DNA from: Octopus bimaculoides
Taxonomy: Eukaryota
Length of the DNA: 64,000 nucleotides
Direction: 5' to 3'
Assembly: GCF_001194135.2 (NCBI RefSeq)
Contig: NC_068984.1
Coordinates: 58,933,640-58,997,639, forward strand
Part shown: positions 1 through 10,604 of the stretch, piece after piece
Layout of the letters: every line of letters begins with the position of its first letter
Numbering within the stretch: position 1 is the stretch's first letter
The notes under the pieces: generated by a model
The model's input: only the letters and a program-made list of their open reading frames with translations
What the model was told of the DNA's origin: nothing
Database searches by the model: none
Program-made: the position numbers and the translations under genes

Positions 1-259
1 ATATANNNNNNNNNNNNNNNNNNNNNNNNNNNNNNNNNNNNCTGGATTTGATTTTCCTAATGAGAAAAGTTCATTGTAATATATTTTTCCATTGTTAGTG
101 TAAGAATGACTAAATATGCTTGAGTTTCCACTTCCTAAAACTTTGTATGTAAAAACAAATTAATATTTGCTCTGGATTTTTATTTTTGTATTTCTAAAGA
201 TTCTTTCACTCCTCTAAATGGCTCATTCTCATGAAACAAGTTTCTTTAATATTGATAAA

Positions 260-560
260 ATTTCTCTTGCTCACTCACTCACTCATTCACTATCCTCCCT
301 CTTTGTCTCTCTCTTTCTCTCTCACACTATTCTCCCTCATTGTCTCTCTCTTTCTCTCTCACACTATTCTCCCTCATTGTCTCTCTCTTTCTCTCTTTCT
401 CTCTCTCACACATATCAGAGCCTCCTCCTTCTTCTCTTTCTCTCTCTCACATATGCTAGTTTCTTCCCTTCCTCCTTCCCACTCTGTCTCATGCACAAAC
501 ACACTCTTCTCTCCCTCTCTCTCTCTCCCTCCCCCTATCCCCCCTCCCCCTCTCTCTCTG
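260..560. repeat. CT-rich low-complexity tract including a 37-bp tandem duplication (~311-390)
   Basis: Nearly pure C/T sequence; ACACTATTCTCCCTCATTGTCTCTCTC occurs at 324 and 361. It explains the Ser/Leu-rich pseudo-ORFs at 218-581. Confidence 0.9.
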
Positions 561-1047
561 CTATTAAACTATAATTTTTGATTTCTTAGGCTAATGCATC
601 AGAAAAAGCTATTAAGGTTTCCCTCTTATTCTGAGAGTTTGTCTATTTATAACAAGGATCTTGTGATGGAAGTCCTTAGATTCTGTGCACAATGTTAGCT
701 CAACAGTGCCTGTTGTTCATATCTTTAATCTCTTTCTGATTTCACTTGGTAAAACAATAGACAGTGTAGCTCCCCAGCTTTTCTTTTAGTCAGTACACAA
801 TTGAATTCTTCATGTTTTTAAAATGTCATAATAGGCTTGCCTTAAGAAGCCTAACCTTCATCAAGTAATGATAATATCTTATGGAAGGGGTTTAGAGTTT
901 ATCCCTAAGTCAGCCCTGAGTGCACCTATGTTCAAAAACATTCCATATGTGACCCTCCTATCTTGCTTTTTATGTTTTTTTTTTCAGACATAGTGTGTCT
1001 ACAATTACAATATATCTTTCATTTTTGAAAACAGTAGGGTATATAAT

Positions 1048-1275
1048 TTAACCCATTACCATTTAAACTAATGATATCCAGCCAAAATATTCTACTGCAG
1101 TTATGTTCAAACTGGCCAGATCCAACATCTTGCACCTACCCTACAATGTCATTATCAAAGTAAACAGTCGCTTTGTTGAAATATTGGAGCCACAAGATAA
1201 TGCATATTTAATTCAAAACAATGTGAATAAATAAGCATTACACGTGACAGAGTAATCTGAATGCTAAAGGGTTAA
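1048..1275. mobile_element. TTAA-flanked MITE (piggyBac-like), copy 1
   Basis: Starts TTAACCCATTACCATT and ends AATGCTAAAGGGTTAA; the interior matches the copies at 28934-29297 (opposite orientation) and 38605-39130. Confidence 0.75.
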
Positions 1276-1706
1276 GAGAGAGATTTGGTTATTATTTTTA
1301 GTGACCATGTAGAGGCTTCTCTCACTGATTCATGGATGAACAATATATTGGTACATTACATGAGATGAATAGCCTAATGTGTACAATAAGGCCATTCACT
1401 GAAGGTTAAACCATGCTATCACTCACTTACTAGTTCTATCAACTATTCATATGAGTTTAAACTAAGAGGTTCAGAGGCTATATATTTCAGAGGAAGAAAT
1501 GAGATGTTGTAACTCTTAATTTTACTAAAAGGTATTTATGATGTAAGTGAAATCACTTCTTTTATGATACAGAATTAGGTGGTAACCAGTTGCATATAAA
1601 ACTCACAAGGTACACATATTATCAAGAGATGTATTCACCAAGTGCTCTACAACTAATTAGAAAATAGTTGAGGTTATGACCAATGTGTAAGTAGAATAAA
1701 TAAGAT

Positions 1707-1975
1707 ACAGGCATGGTTGTGTGTTATGTTTGCTTCCCAACTACATGGTCCCATTTTCAGTTCCACTGCTTGGCATCTTTGACAACTTTTGAGTGGATTT
1801 GGTAGACAAAACCTGAAAGGAGCCCATCATATATATCTGTGTGTGTGTGAGCGTCTTTGCGTATGTATTTGTCCCCTAACACCACTTGACAACTGGTGTT
1901 GGTGTATTTATGTCCCATAACTTAGCAGTTTGTCAATAGAGACCAAGAGAATAAGTACCAGGCTCTACAAAAGAA
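1707..1975 (+). mobile_element. tRNA-derived SINE (degenerate)
   Basis: Head GGCATGGTTGTGTG...TTCAGTTCCACTGC, GAGTGGATTTGGTAGAC core, (TG)n and AGAATAAGTACCAGGC tail, all shared with copies at 32465, 41230 and 53350. Confidence 0.8.
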
Positions 1976-2141
1976 AACAGAAAATAGTCTTATTATTATC
2001 ACTATGATTAAAACAGCGGAATGACTCATTAGAGACAAAATGTTCTGCAATATTTGTTCTAACACTTTACATTTTAAGTTCAAATCTTGCTGAGGTCAGC
2101 TTTGCCATTCATCCCTCTAAGTTTGACAAAATAAATTATCA

Positions 2142-2566
2142 GGTGATCTTACGGTATGAGTCCTAAATATTGGCCTTTTCCGTAAAAAGTGCCTCTGGCG
2201 ATCTTTACCAAAGATCGGCCTTTTCCGTAAAAAAGTGTTGGAGAGAAACAGGGACACGACGTCATAAAAGCGAAAGACATACAGAGAGCACGATTTATTT
2301 TGAAGGGTTTAGGGTTAGGGTTAGGCTTAGGGTTAGAGTTAGGGTTAGGCTTAGGCTTAGGCTTAGGCTTAGGGTTTGTGTTTTACGGTTTCAGTTAGGG
2401 AATTCCATCCCTAACCATAACCCTAACCCTGACAGTAAAACCCTAACCCTAACACCGTAGTGAAGATCGTGCAGGTGTTACGGAAAAGGCTGATCTTTGG
2501 TAAAGATCGCCAAAGACACTTTTTACGGAAAAGGCCGATATTTAGGACTCGTACCATAAGATCGCC
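2142..2566. mobile_element. Non-autonomous DNA transposon (MITE) with ~85-bp TIRs and 9-bp TSD, Mutator-like hallmarks
   Basis: Left end GGTGATCTTACGGTATGAGTCCTAAATATTGGCCTTTTCCGTAAAAAGTG is the near reverse complement of the right end. AAATTATCA is duplicated exactly at 2133-2141 and 2567-2575. Confidence 0.9.
2305..2452. repeat. Opposed interstitial telomere-type arrays inside the MITE
   Basis: 2309-2374 has 11 hexamers (5 TTAGGG, 5 TTAGGC, 1 TTAGAG); 2409-2452 has CCCTAA-type units. Confidence 0.95.
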
Positions 2567-2809
2567 AAATTATCAGTCATGTACTTGGTTCAATATAATT
2601 ATCTATTCCCCTCCCCACAAATTTATGGCCATGTGCTTATATGAGAAAATTATTATAACTATAATTACAAGTATTTCTACATTCATAGTGCTATATCTAC
2701 TTCAGGTCACTTGAAATGCTTAAAGTATGAACATATGCAGGCTGAGAGACCAGCTGGCACACAGACAAAAACAAACCGACTCATATACACACACCTGTGT
2801 ATGTATATT

Positions 2810-2819
2810 TATATATATG

Positions 2820-2874
<55 letters not shown>
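2810..2874. repeat. (TA)n(TG)n compound microsatellite
   Basis: Direct reading. Confidence 0.95.
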
Positions 2875-3522
2875 ATTGATTTATGAGTTTGAAAACTAAT
2901 TACTACTTTTTCAAATCTCTAATTAGACTTCATTTTAAGCACTTGATAATTCCTACCATTTAAAAACCATATCCGATTCTATTGCCTGATTTCTTATTGA
3001 ATGTTGGATTCTGTCTCTGTACATGAAGAAGATAGGATATTTAATTGATTCTGACAATTCTTTTCACTTTAGTTGCCTTCAGTGCTTACACGCAGGAGTT
3101 ACTATATGATGTAATATTACATTTTCAATGAAAATGACACATTAATGCATTCGTTCTTCATCTTTTAGTTTTACAATTTTCAGATGATTTTTTTTTTGTT
3201 ATTACAATTTTATTTTTTGACTAACATTATGCATTATTTTTTATTTCTAAAATATGTTTTTAGTTGATTATATTTCCTTTGACTATTTCCTATGAAAATT
3301 GTAATAGTTTCATCAAATTTTAAACATTTGCAATTATTGGTTTTCAATGGATTATATATAAAGTTATTTTCTATCTGTTTAATTTGAATTAATCAAATCT
3401 GCAAATTTTAAATCTAAATGTGCTTCAGTTAAAATCTCAGCAGCAGCTTTCCCCACCCACCCTTTTTTTTTTCTCAGTTCTTTATACATTTTGTTTTAGT
3501 TTTATTTTATGCATCATTGCAG

Positions 3523-3587
3523 CATTATGCAATTTTGACCTTATTGAAAAGAATATTTCTACTGAGTGCAAATATTTGCCTCATTAT
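3523..3587 (+). CDS. Possible internal exon (phase 1 to 0; LCNFDLIEKNISTECKYLPHY), product unknown
   Basis: TTGCAG acceptor, GTAAGA donor and an open frame. Such matches also occur by chance in AT-rich DNA. Confidence 0.15.
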
Positions 3588-3840
3588 GTAAGATTTGTGA
3601 CAAATACAGACAAAAAATATGCCATTAAATCTAAATATTGAAAAATGAAAAATAATTATAAGAAAAATAAGGAGGCAAATTATAGTCCTTTTATGTTGCT
3701 TTACTGTCAGTTTTATTTTATTGAGTGGCTGCTTGTGATTAGTAACAAATATTGTAAAACATAATGATGCAGTATGTGAGTGAACAAAGTTTATCAGAAT
3801 GTAAATAGAATGTACTCTAATATAAAAACACTTGAATAAT

Positions 3841-3937
3841 TCTTTCTTTTTTTATTTTCTCTTTTCTTCCAGGTGAGTATCAGAACTTGTTTTGTTGAAT
3901 TCTTTGATTCTGGAAAGATAACTATACTGTTGTAAGT
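3841..3937 (+). promoter_or_regulatory. Strong 3' splice site directly followed by a consensus 5' splice site (candidate recursive splice site), plus 59-nt exon 3873-3931
   Basis: 30-nt pyrimidine tract (one purine), AG at 3871-3872, GTGAGT at 3873-3878, second donor GTAAGT at 3932-3937. Only one frame is open (VSIRTCFVEFFDSGKITIL). Confidence 0.5.
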
Positions 3938-4034
3938 AGAAAGTTTTATTCTTGATCTTGAAGAAGTAAAAAGATAGAAGAGAGAGAAGAAATCCTTAAT
4001 CTTGTGAAAAAGTTGAAAATATCTGAAATTGCTT

Positions 4035-4044
4035 ATACATACAT

Positions 4045-4114
<70 letters not shown>

Positions 4115-4262
4115 GTACGTATGTACATACTTACATGGATACATACACAGAATGTCTCAACAATATGTATACATAAATACATACATACATACATACATAC
4201 GTACATATGTACGTACATGCATACATACATACATACATACATTACAGACAGACAGACAGAGT
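4035..4262. repeat. (ATAC)n/(AC)n/(AGAC)n compound microsatellite
   Basis: Direct reading; source of the HTYI/MYVC pseudo-ORFs. Confidence 0.95.
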
Positions 4263-4290
4263 GACAGAAGCAGTATTAATACCAAAAGAT

Positions 4291-4578
4291 AAATATTCAC
4301 CACTTAAAAGTGGATGTTGCATTAGCACACACAAATACTGAAATATTTACCAAGAGAGTAAAATCTAATATGGTTATTTGGTGCATAAAAGCACATCATA
4401 GCTCTCACCAGCAACAGACAGCTATCACTACTTCTACTGCATGGTGATTGTCTGCTGCTGACAATGGCTATGATGAGCATTTATGTAGCATAAAACAATA
4501 TGAGAATTTTCTCTCTTGGTAAATATTGCAGTATTTGTGTGTTCTAATGCAACATCCACTTGTAAGTGGTGAGTATTT
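4291..4578. mobile_element. ~290-bp foldback (palindromic MITE-like) element
   Basis: Left arm AAATATTCACCACTTAAAAGTGGATGTTGCATTAGCACACACAAATACTGAAATATTTACCAAGAGAG...CATCATAGC pairs with right arm GCTATGATG...CTCTCTTGGTAAATATTGCAGTATTTGTGTGTTCTAATGCAACATCCACTTGTAAGTGGTGAGTATTT; loop near 4429-4443. Confidence 0.85.
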
Positions 4579-4609
4579 TACCATATGTAATTACCATACC
4601 AAACAGACT

Positions 4610-4875
4610 ATTGGATGTCGTCATGCATTGCTGGTTATAATGTGCTTCCTTGCATTGCTGTAGCCTTTAAATGATGTCACCCTGCTGGCTAGGCAGGCAG
4701 GCAGTCATTGGTCCTGAACAGAATGCCAGTTTGTCACAGGATTACCCATTTATATATTTGAGTGAACTGGAGCAACATGAAATGAAGTGTTTTGCTCAAG
4801 AATACAATTCACTACCAGTTCCAGTAATTGAAATTACAGTCTTGCAATCATGAGTGAAATGCCCTAGTCACTAGG
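4610..4875 (-). mobile_element. tRNA-derived SINE with CORE-like segment
   Basis: The minus strand reads CCTAGTGACTAGGGC (box A-like) ...TTCTTGAGCAAAACACTTCATTTCATGTTGCTCCAGTTCACTC; related to 9800-9990 and 56945-57240. Confidence 0.65.
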
Positions 4876-4894
4876 ACATACACCTTCACATATA

Positions 4895-4895
<1 letters not shown>

Positions 4896-4948
<53 letters not shown>

Positions 4949-5511
4949 TCATCATCATCATCATCCTCATACCTCTGCTTTCCATTCTGGAATGGGTTGG
5001 ATGGTTTGACATGGAGCTGGCTAGCTAGGGAATTGTCCAGACTCCAATTGTCTGTTGTGGCATGGTTTCTATGTCTAGATGCCTTCCTAATGCCAATCAC
5101 TTAACAGGGTGTGCTGGGTGTATTTTACATGCCACTGGCAAGAGTACATTTTACACAACACTGGTACAGGTGTGTTCATGTAGCACCAACATAGGTGCTT
5201 TTTTTATGTGGCACCAGCACCTGAAAGAACAAGCCTGTATGTGTGGAGGACAGCAATTTTACTTAGTTTGACATGTCTTATCAAGTACAGCAAATCGCCA
5301 CATCTAGTCCTTTGTCATTTTCTCAGACAGGCCCAGCATTCAAAGATCCTTTCTAACAACATCGTCCCACGTCTTCCTGAGTCTATCCCTTCTACAGGTA
5401 CCCTCCACAATTAGAGTTCTTTACATACTTCTTTATATAACTGTCTTCATCCATACACATCACATGATCAAACCAGCGAAATTTTCTCTCTTGCACACAA
5501 CATTTGATGCC
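4896..5511 (-). mobile_element. RTE-clade LINE 3' fragment (old) with (GAT)n/(GAC)n tail
   Basis: Minus-strand translation CCVQERKFRWFDHVMCMDEDSYIKK matches the C-terminus of the RTE ORF at 18214 (CGVQERRLRWYGHVVRMEEDSCVKK); trinucleotide tail at 4896-4965. Confidence 0.85.
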
Positions 5512-5542
<31 letters not shown>

Positions 5543-6374
5543 AGCAAGAGCAAGATAACTTGCTTACTGTGTGCATGTATACACACACACATACAGTTAG
5601 CAAATTGTGGTACTGGTGACAGAGACTAAAAAGATGATGCAGTTGATCAGTGGGCCAGTTGTAGAGTGAGTGTTACTGATTGAAAGCATGCTAACTTGTC
5701 AGCTTATTCTGTGAATGTCTTGAAGTTATGTATGTCCATGTAGTGGTATGCCATCTCAAATGATAAAGCAATAGTGCAGTGGTGTAGGAAGTGTTGGGGT
5801 TTCTTATTGCATATGTAAGTAAGGTGATAATTTAATTTGCATTTTCCTGTTTGATATTCATCAAAAAAAAAGAAAAAGAAAAAAGAAAAATTGTTAAATA
5901 GTTGATTGGCGTTGTGAAAGTAGAGTATGAGTCATCAATAACAAATGTAGACCACTCTACTGGTTAATGGAATATTCTGGAAAGTGACTGTCAATCAAAA
6001 GTATTGGCTAATGTACAGAAGATAGATAGATGGGGATGGCAGTATGAAGGAGTAGCATGTGTGTTTAGTCAGTAAATAAATAAATCCAAAGGCCTGATGC
6101 TAGTGATAGAAAGCCAAAGATGATATAGACTAAAATGATTAGATGAAATAATTAAATAACATCTCAAGTCATTATGCCTGACAAATGAGATGAAACTGCA
6201 GTTTCAGAACTAATGATGAGGGTGAGTGTGTGTGTGTGTGTGTTTATGCACACATGCATAAACATATCTCTAGCTTGCAAATATATTTTCTCATTCCTTT
6301 AAAAAATATCTGCTATTTATGTAGAGTATATCCTTTAGGGTAGTTAGTTGCACTTTCACTTTCCTCTTTTGCAG

Positions 6375-6379
6375 TGAAA
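6375..6379 (+). other. Candidate 5-nt microexon (TGAAA)
   Basis: CACTTTCACTTTCCTCTTTTGCAG acceptor directly followed by TGAAA and the donor GTATGT; longer read-through hits stop codons. Confidence 0.2.
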
Positions 6380-6699
6380 GTATGTCTGTTTAAAACATAC
6401 ATTACAAAGGGAATCTGAGTATGACAAATCAGACCAATGAGAGAATCTCTACGTGATAGCTTGATCTGCTAGAAAATAGCAACCAAATTTCCTTCATATC
6501 AGCCCCTGCTGTTTTAAAATAGGAAGCATACATTATAAAATGTGGTTCTTGATATGCAAAAGACTGTCTTTGACCATTGATCTGCTGGATGAAAGTTAAC
6601 TAGAAATTAAACAGACACAACAACAAACATGGCAAAATGCATAAGTAACTTAGAAAAATACATACTTTAATTAGTACCTGCTGTGTACCAGTCTTTTCT

Positions 6700-7360
6700 A
6701 TCTTATTCTGTTCATCGGTCTATATCTTAGAATGTAGGAACACATTTTTCTGTACTTCATCTCATAAAGATCTCTCTTAAATTCCTGTAATAACCACCCA
6801 GAATACCTTCTCTTCAATATTTCCAAAGTGATCAAGACCCCTCTTGAAATATCCTGAATCTCATACTTTTTGATGTGAGATATAACAGAGGTGTTTGCTT
6901 CTACACAAAATGACAAAGTGCTCCAACTGTAGATAAGCACTGAGAAAACAAAGTTCTACCTTTGAATATTTGAAAATTCTCAGATTAAGTTCAGCAAATG
7001 AACCACCTCGTAAATTTCTATTTGTATATACTATCCCTGGAACTAATTGCTTCCTTAATCCTCCTCTCTCCATGAACTATATCCTTATGAATTTATCAAC
7101 TCTGACTGATTTTTTTCCTTTCATCAATAACTTTTTATTAATCAAACTAACATTCTAGCATTAAAACTATTTACTATCATCCCTTATTTTCCAATTCCAC
7201 ATTCTGAACTCTCTTAACTTCAATATCCCCCATTAACTTTGCCATCTATCTTTTTTTATCATTACTTATTTAAAGAAATTGCACCATTTGTCACTTCTCA
7301 TGGATAGCTCCCAATTTCAAGTGCCTCATTCACTTCATATTTCAAGATCTCAATTTTATT
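6700..7360 (-). pseudogene. Highly degenerate LINE reverse-transcriptase-like remnant (L1/Tx1-like)
   Basis: Purine-rich minus strand. Peptide IVYTNRNLRGGSFAELNLRIFKYSKVELCFLSAYLQLEHFVILCRS loosely resembles the LYT...RQGCPLS..L..LEP segment of L1/Tx1 RT; catalytic motifs not recognisable. Confidence 0.3.
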
Positions 7361-9097
7361 TTCATACTGATTAAAAACCTAATTTTTTTATGTTTGTGTC
7401 CGTAAATTAATAATTGCTTTTAGATTCGAATAATAAATATTGACATTCATAATGTAGTCTCTTTATGCTTTGGAATGTGAATATAATTGTGGCTGTCATA
7501 TCAGTAAAGATGTGAATCATATTGCCACATATTGTAGTGTACTTAAACTAGATGCTTTCCAATGCATTGCTGGCTCACTCAAGTTTGTCTATTTAAATGT
7601 TGCCAATATTTGACTTGGCTTTTCATCTCTCTTGGTTCAATAAAATACTTACCAGGAATGTACTGATTTTGATACAAACATGTTTTTACATCACTGTACA
7701 AGCACACTATATAAACATGTAATGATATATTTTGTGCCAGAGCATGTATAACTGCAGTAAAAGTTTTATAGATGGATATGTTTTATAATAACAACCTCCT
7801 ATCAATGCTATCATCTTTAAATGCAACTATCCAGCCATCTCTTTTCTTATCTATCCCTCTGCCTTTGTGTGTGTGTGTGTGTGTGTGTGCATCTGTGATT
7901 AATATGTATATAATGATAAATTGCAAGAGGGAAAGAGAGAGAAGGAGAGAGAGATGCAGGGTGTTTGGGTGGGGGAGTAGATATAGTTAGTGTATGTTAG
8001 AATGTAGGTAACAAACCAACACTAAAGAAATATTTTGCAAACTGGATATTACTTTGCATTAAAAGAATTTGCTTTTCCTTGTCTTTGAAGTTAAACTGGT
8101 AGAGATAAGTACAATTGATACTTTTCTTCCGTCATTTTGTTTCCGACCTGTTGTTTACTATGTTCCAGAACACTGAGATAATCTATTGCAATTAGAGAAA
8201 GGCTTCAGTTATAGTATTTTTGCTATTATAAGAAGAATATTCCATTCTTAGAAAGTAAACAGAAAGAAGACTTTGATGAAGCAAAGCTAAGACAAAATTA
8301 TCATTAAAAATAGAATCCATCATTACCCATTGGAAAGACTGGTTTCTCTGCTTGGTGTTGCCATACAATGTTATCAGAAATATTACACTTTTTAGTTATT
8401 CATGATTAGACAGCCAATTTTGGTGAAAGGTTTTAGGTTCAGTAGTTTTCATTATGGTGATAATGACCTATAAATCTTCCTTACCCATGGACTTGTTTGA
8501 AGTGGAACATTTGATGATACATGCTTAAGTTTAGCCTTATGCATAGTGTTAATGAGAACCAAAAAAATATACCTTATGTAAGATTTTAACATTTGGAAAT
8601 ACATTTTATATTTCAAACCAAACTGATCTCTGAAAAAAATGAAGAAATTCATAAGTCATTAAATAAAACTTAAGGATCTAAGAATACATAAAATATTATT
8701 TTAGCCATGTCAAAATTTTGCATGGTAGTATTTTTTAACCTATGTATTACTGTTCAATATACATTCAATTAAATTTTGGGTTAATATATCTCTTTTTAAT
8801 TGTTTCCTTTTATCAACTATTGGAACAGTTCCAATGCTTTGCTAAAATATTACAAGAGATCAAAACATTTCAAAATGTACCCTGAAATTTGTTTCATACT
8901 TTATTAACAAGTCTGTCTCTTTCAATAGATTCTATTCATATTTCAGTACATAAGAGTTGCAGTAAATGAATAGTCAAAGTGTCAAAACCAAACTCTATTC
9001 ATTTAAGGCTCTAGTTCTGTCTGAAGCATTGTATTTTGAATTTGGTCAATACATTTTGTTCTTTTAAATGAAATACAGTATCATTTTGCTTTTAGAG

Positions 9098-9153
9098 TGG
9101 CATTTTACAACAAAATGCTTTGTGTACGAAAAGCATTTTGTTGTAAAATGCCA
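9098..9153. repeat. Perfect 24-bp inverted repeat with 8-nt loop
   Basis: TGGCATTTTACAACAAAATGCTTT-GTGTACGA-AAAGCATTTTGTTGTAAAATGCCA. Confidence 0.95.
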
Positions 9154-9799
9154 AACTTATCATATCCATATTTAATATAAAAATTAGATCTAGAAATATC
9201 CTTTTGTTTTTAGCTGCTTAATGTAGTGTTAAGCTGAAAATCTGTATTGGAAATCCATACAATAGGGAAACAGTCAGCATTGCATTGAAGATAATGTACT
9301 AAGATGCTCCTTTGAGTAACTAGTAGCAAGTTGTGTATAAGTGAGTTGAAGCAATGACAATGTGTGTTCATGTGGTAATATGCATTGCATTCAAGAGAGA
9401 TAACAACTACTGTTTGTGACAGTGTTAGGGAATAAAACAAGAGTTTTCAGTGGATAGAGGTGATTTAAAGGAGATAGGAAATGAGTTAACTAGTTGAACT
9501 TTACATATGTATCTGTGATGCTTTCAAATATTTTTGTAAGAAGTATCAGGTGTCAAGGATATTTTCTTAATTAAAAATTAAAATGAAGCATACATGTTAA
9601 AGATCAGATGAATTTTCTGACGGAAATGAATTTTGAATATAGCACAAATGACTTTCTTACCTACAATTTCCTACTTTTTGGGTGGAAATATTGTATACTT
9701 ATTAGATTTAACTATTTAATTTTAAAAATAAAGAGAAAAGACTAAATATATTTTCAAATTGAGACTAATGTCCATATCCTGAAATTTCACTATTGTCAG

Positions 9800-9990
9800 C
9801 AGAGGTAAAACAGCTAAGTGGTTAAGGTATTGTACCTCCAACTCATAGATCATTAGTTCAAATCTACTGTATATATCTGGTCATGTCTCTGGGAAGAACA
9901 TTTTATTCTACATTATTGCAATTCATCTAGCTGTTAAGACCAAATATCACATCATCTGGGAATGTTATCTCTGATAGACTAATAGCTTAT
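9800..9990 (+). mobile_element. Degenerate tRNA-derived/CORE-like SINE
   Basis: GCTAAGTGGTTAAGG (box A), TAGTTCAAATC (box B), TCTCTGGGAAGAACATTTTATTCTACATT core. Confidence 0.55.
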
Positions 9991-10604
9991 TCCTGTTCTG
10001 TTTAATTCCATGAGATTGAAGCTAAAGCAAGACACTTAAAAACCTCTGCAATATCAGCAGGCATATACATTTGCATTAATGTTGTTAGGACTGATATTTT
10101 GATTCTTTATTGTTTGATATAATAAATTCTGCATTTAATACCTATGTAAAAAAAACTTGAAATCTAATCTGACTATTGTGTAAATCAATGACATATTGTC
10201 TGAAAATCATTTGCTAACATTTCCATACCTACGAAAGAATCTTGTGAAAGTTTTAAAAATCAGTATTAAGCTTTCTAGGTTTTAATGCTCAGAATCCTAA
10301 ACATTGCTATCATATAAATGATTTTTCTTTAAATCAAGAAGACTGAGTGACTGTATAGACAAGAGATTATAAAACTTCTGTCTAGTTCTATAGCTTGCTC
10401 AGTATATGTTTTTAAAGTGGTCACCACCTCTTCTTATATTTACAGTAGCATGTCTACAGTAAAGATGGTGCAACCTTGTCTGTGTAATTAAAGAAGAAGT
10501 TCTCTTCACAACTATATTGTTCTAGGTTTGATTCTGCCTCGGACAAGTGCTTCTACCACAGTCATAGTTGACTAATACTTTGTGAGTGCAATTTAGTCAA
10601 CAGG

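Larger units (their letters stand above)
2040..2640 (+). mobile_element. Older SINE-like repeat interrupted by the MITE at 2142-2566
   Basis: AGTTCAAATCTTGCTGAGGTCAGCTTTGCCATTCATCC before the MITE continues as AGTCATGTACTTGGTTC...TCCCCTCCCCAC after it; same family as 39545-39750. Confidence 0.65.

Noticed and set aside
218-581. 118- and 116-aa Ser/Leu-rich ORFs
   Set aside because: Translation of a CT low-complexity tract.
590-616. 27-nt in-frame exon-like segment (ANASEKAIK)
   Set aside because: The donor GTTTCC is weak and the peptide is too short to support a call.
2170-2714. ORFs with RVRVRLRL and matching FRKRP motifs
   Set aside because: Translations of the MITE TIRs and telomere-type hexamers.
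3794-4292. HTYI/MYVC-repeat ORFs (also 16778-17094, 30821-31143, 37086-37462)
   Set aside because: Microsatellite translations.
4864-5100. Poly-Asp ORF
   Set aside because: The (GAT/GAC)n tail of an RTE fragment.
7652-8630. Two minus-strand exon-like segments (DQFGLKYKMYFQMLKSYI; DVKTCLYQNQYIP)
   Set aside because: Good single splice sites, but no recognisable protein and no consistent minus-strand chain; expected by chance in AT-rich DNA.
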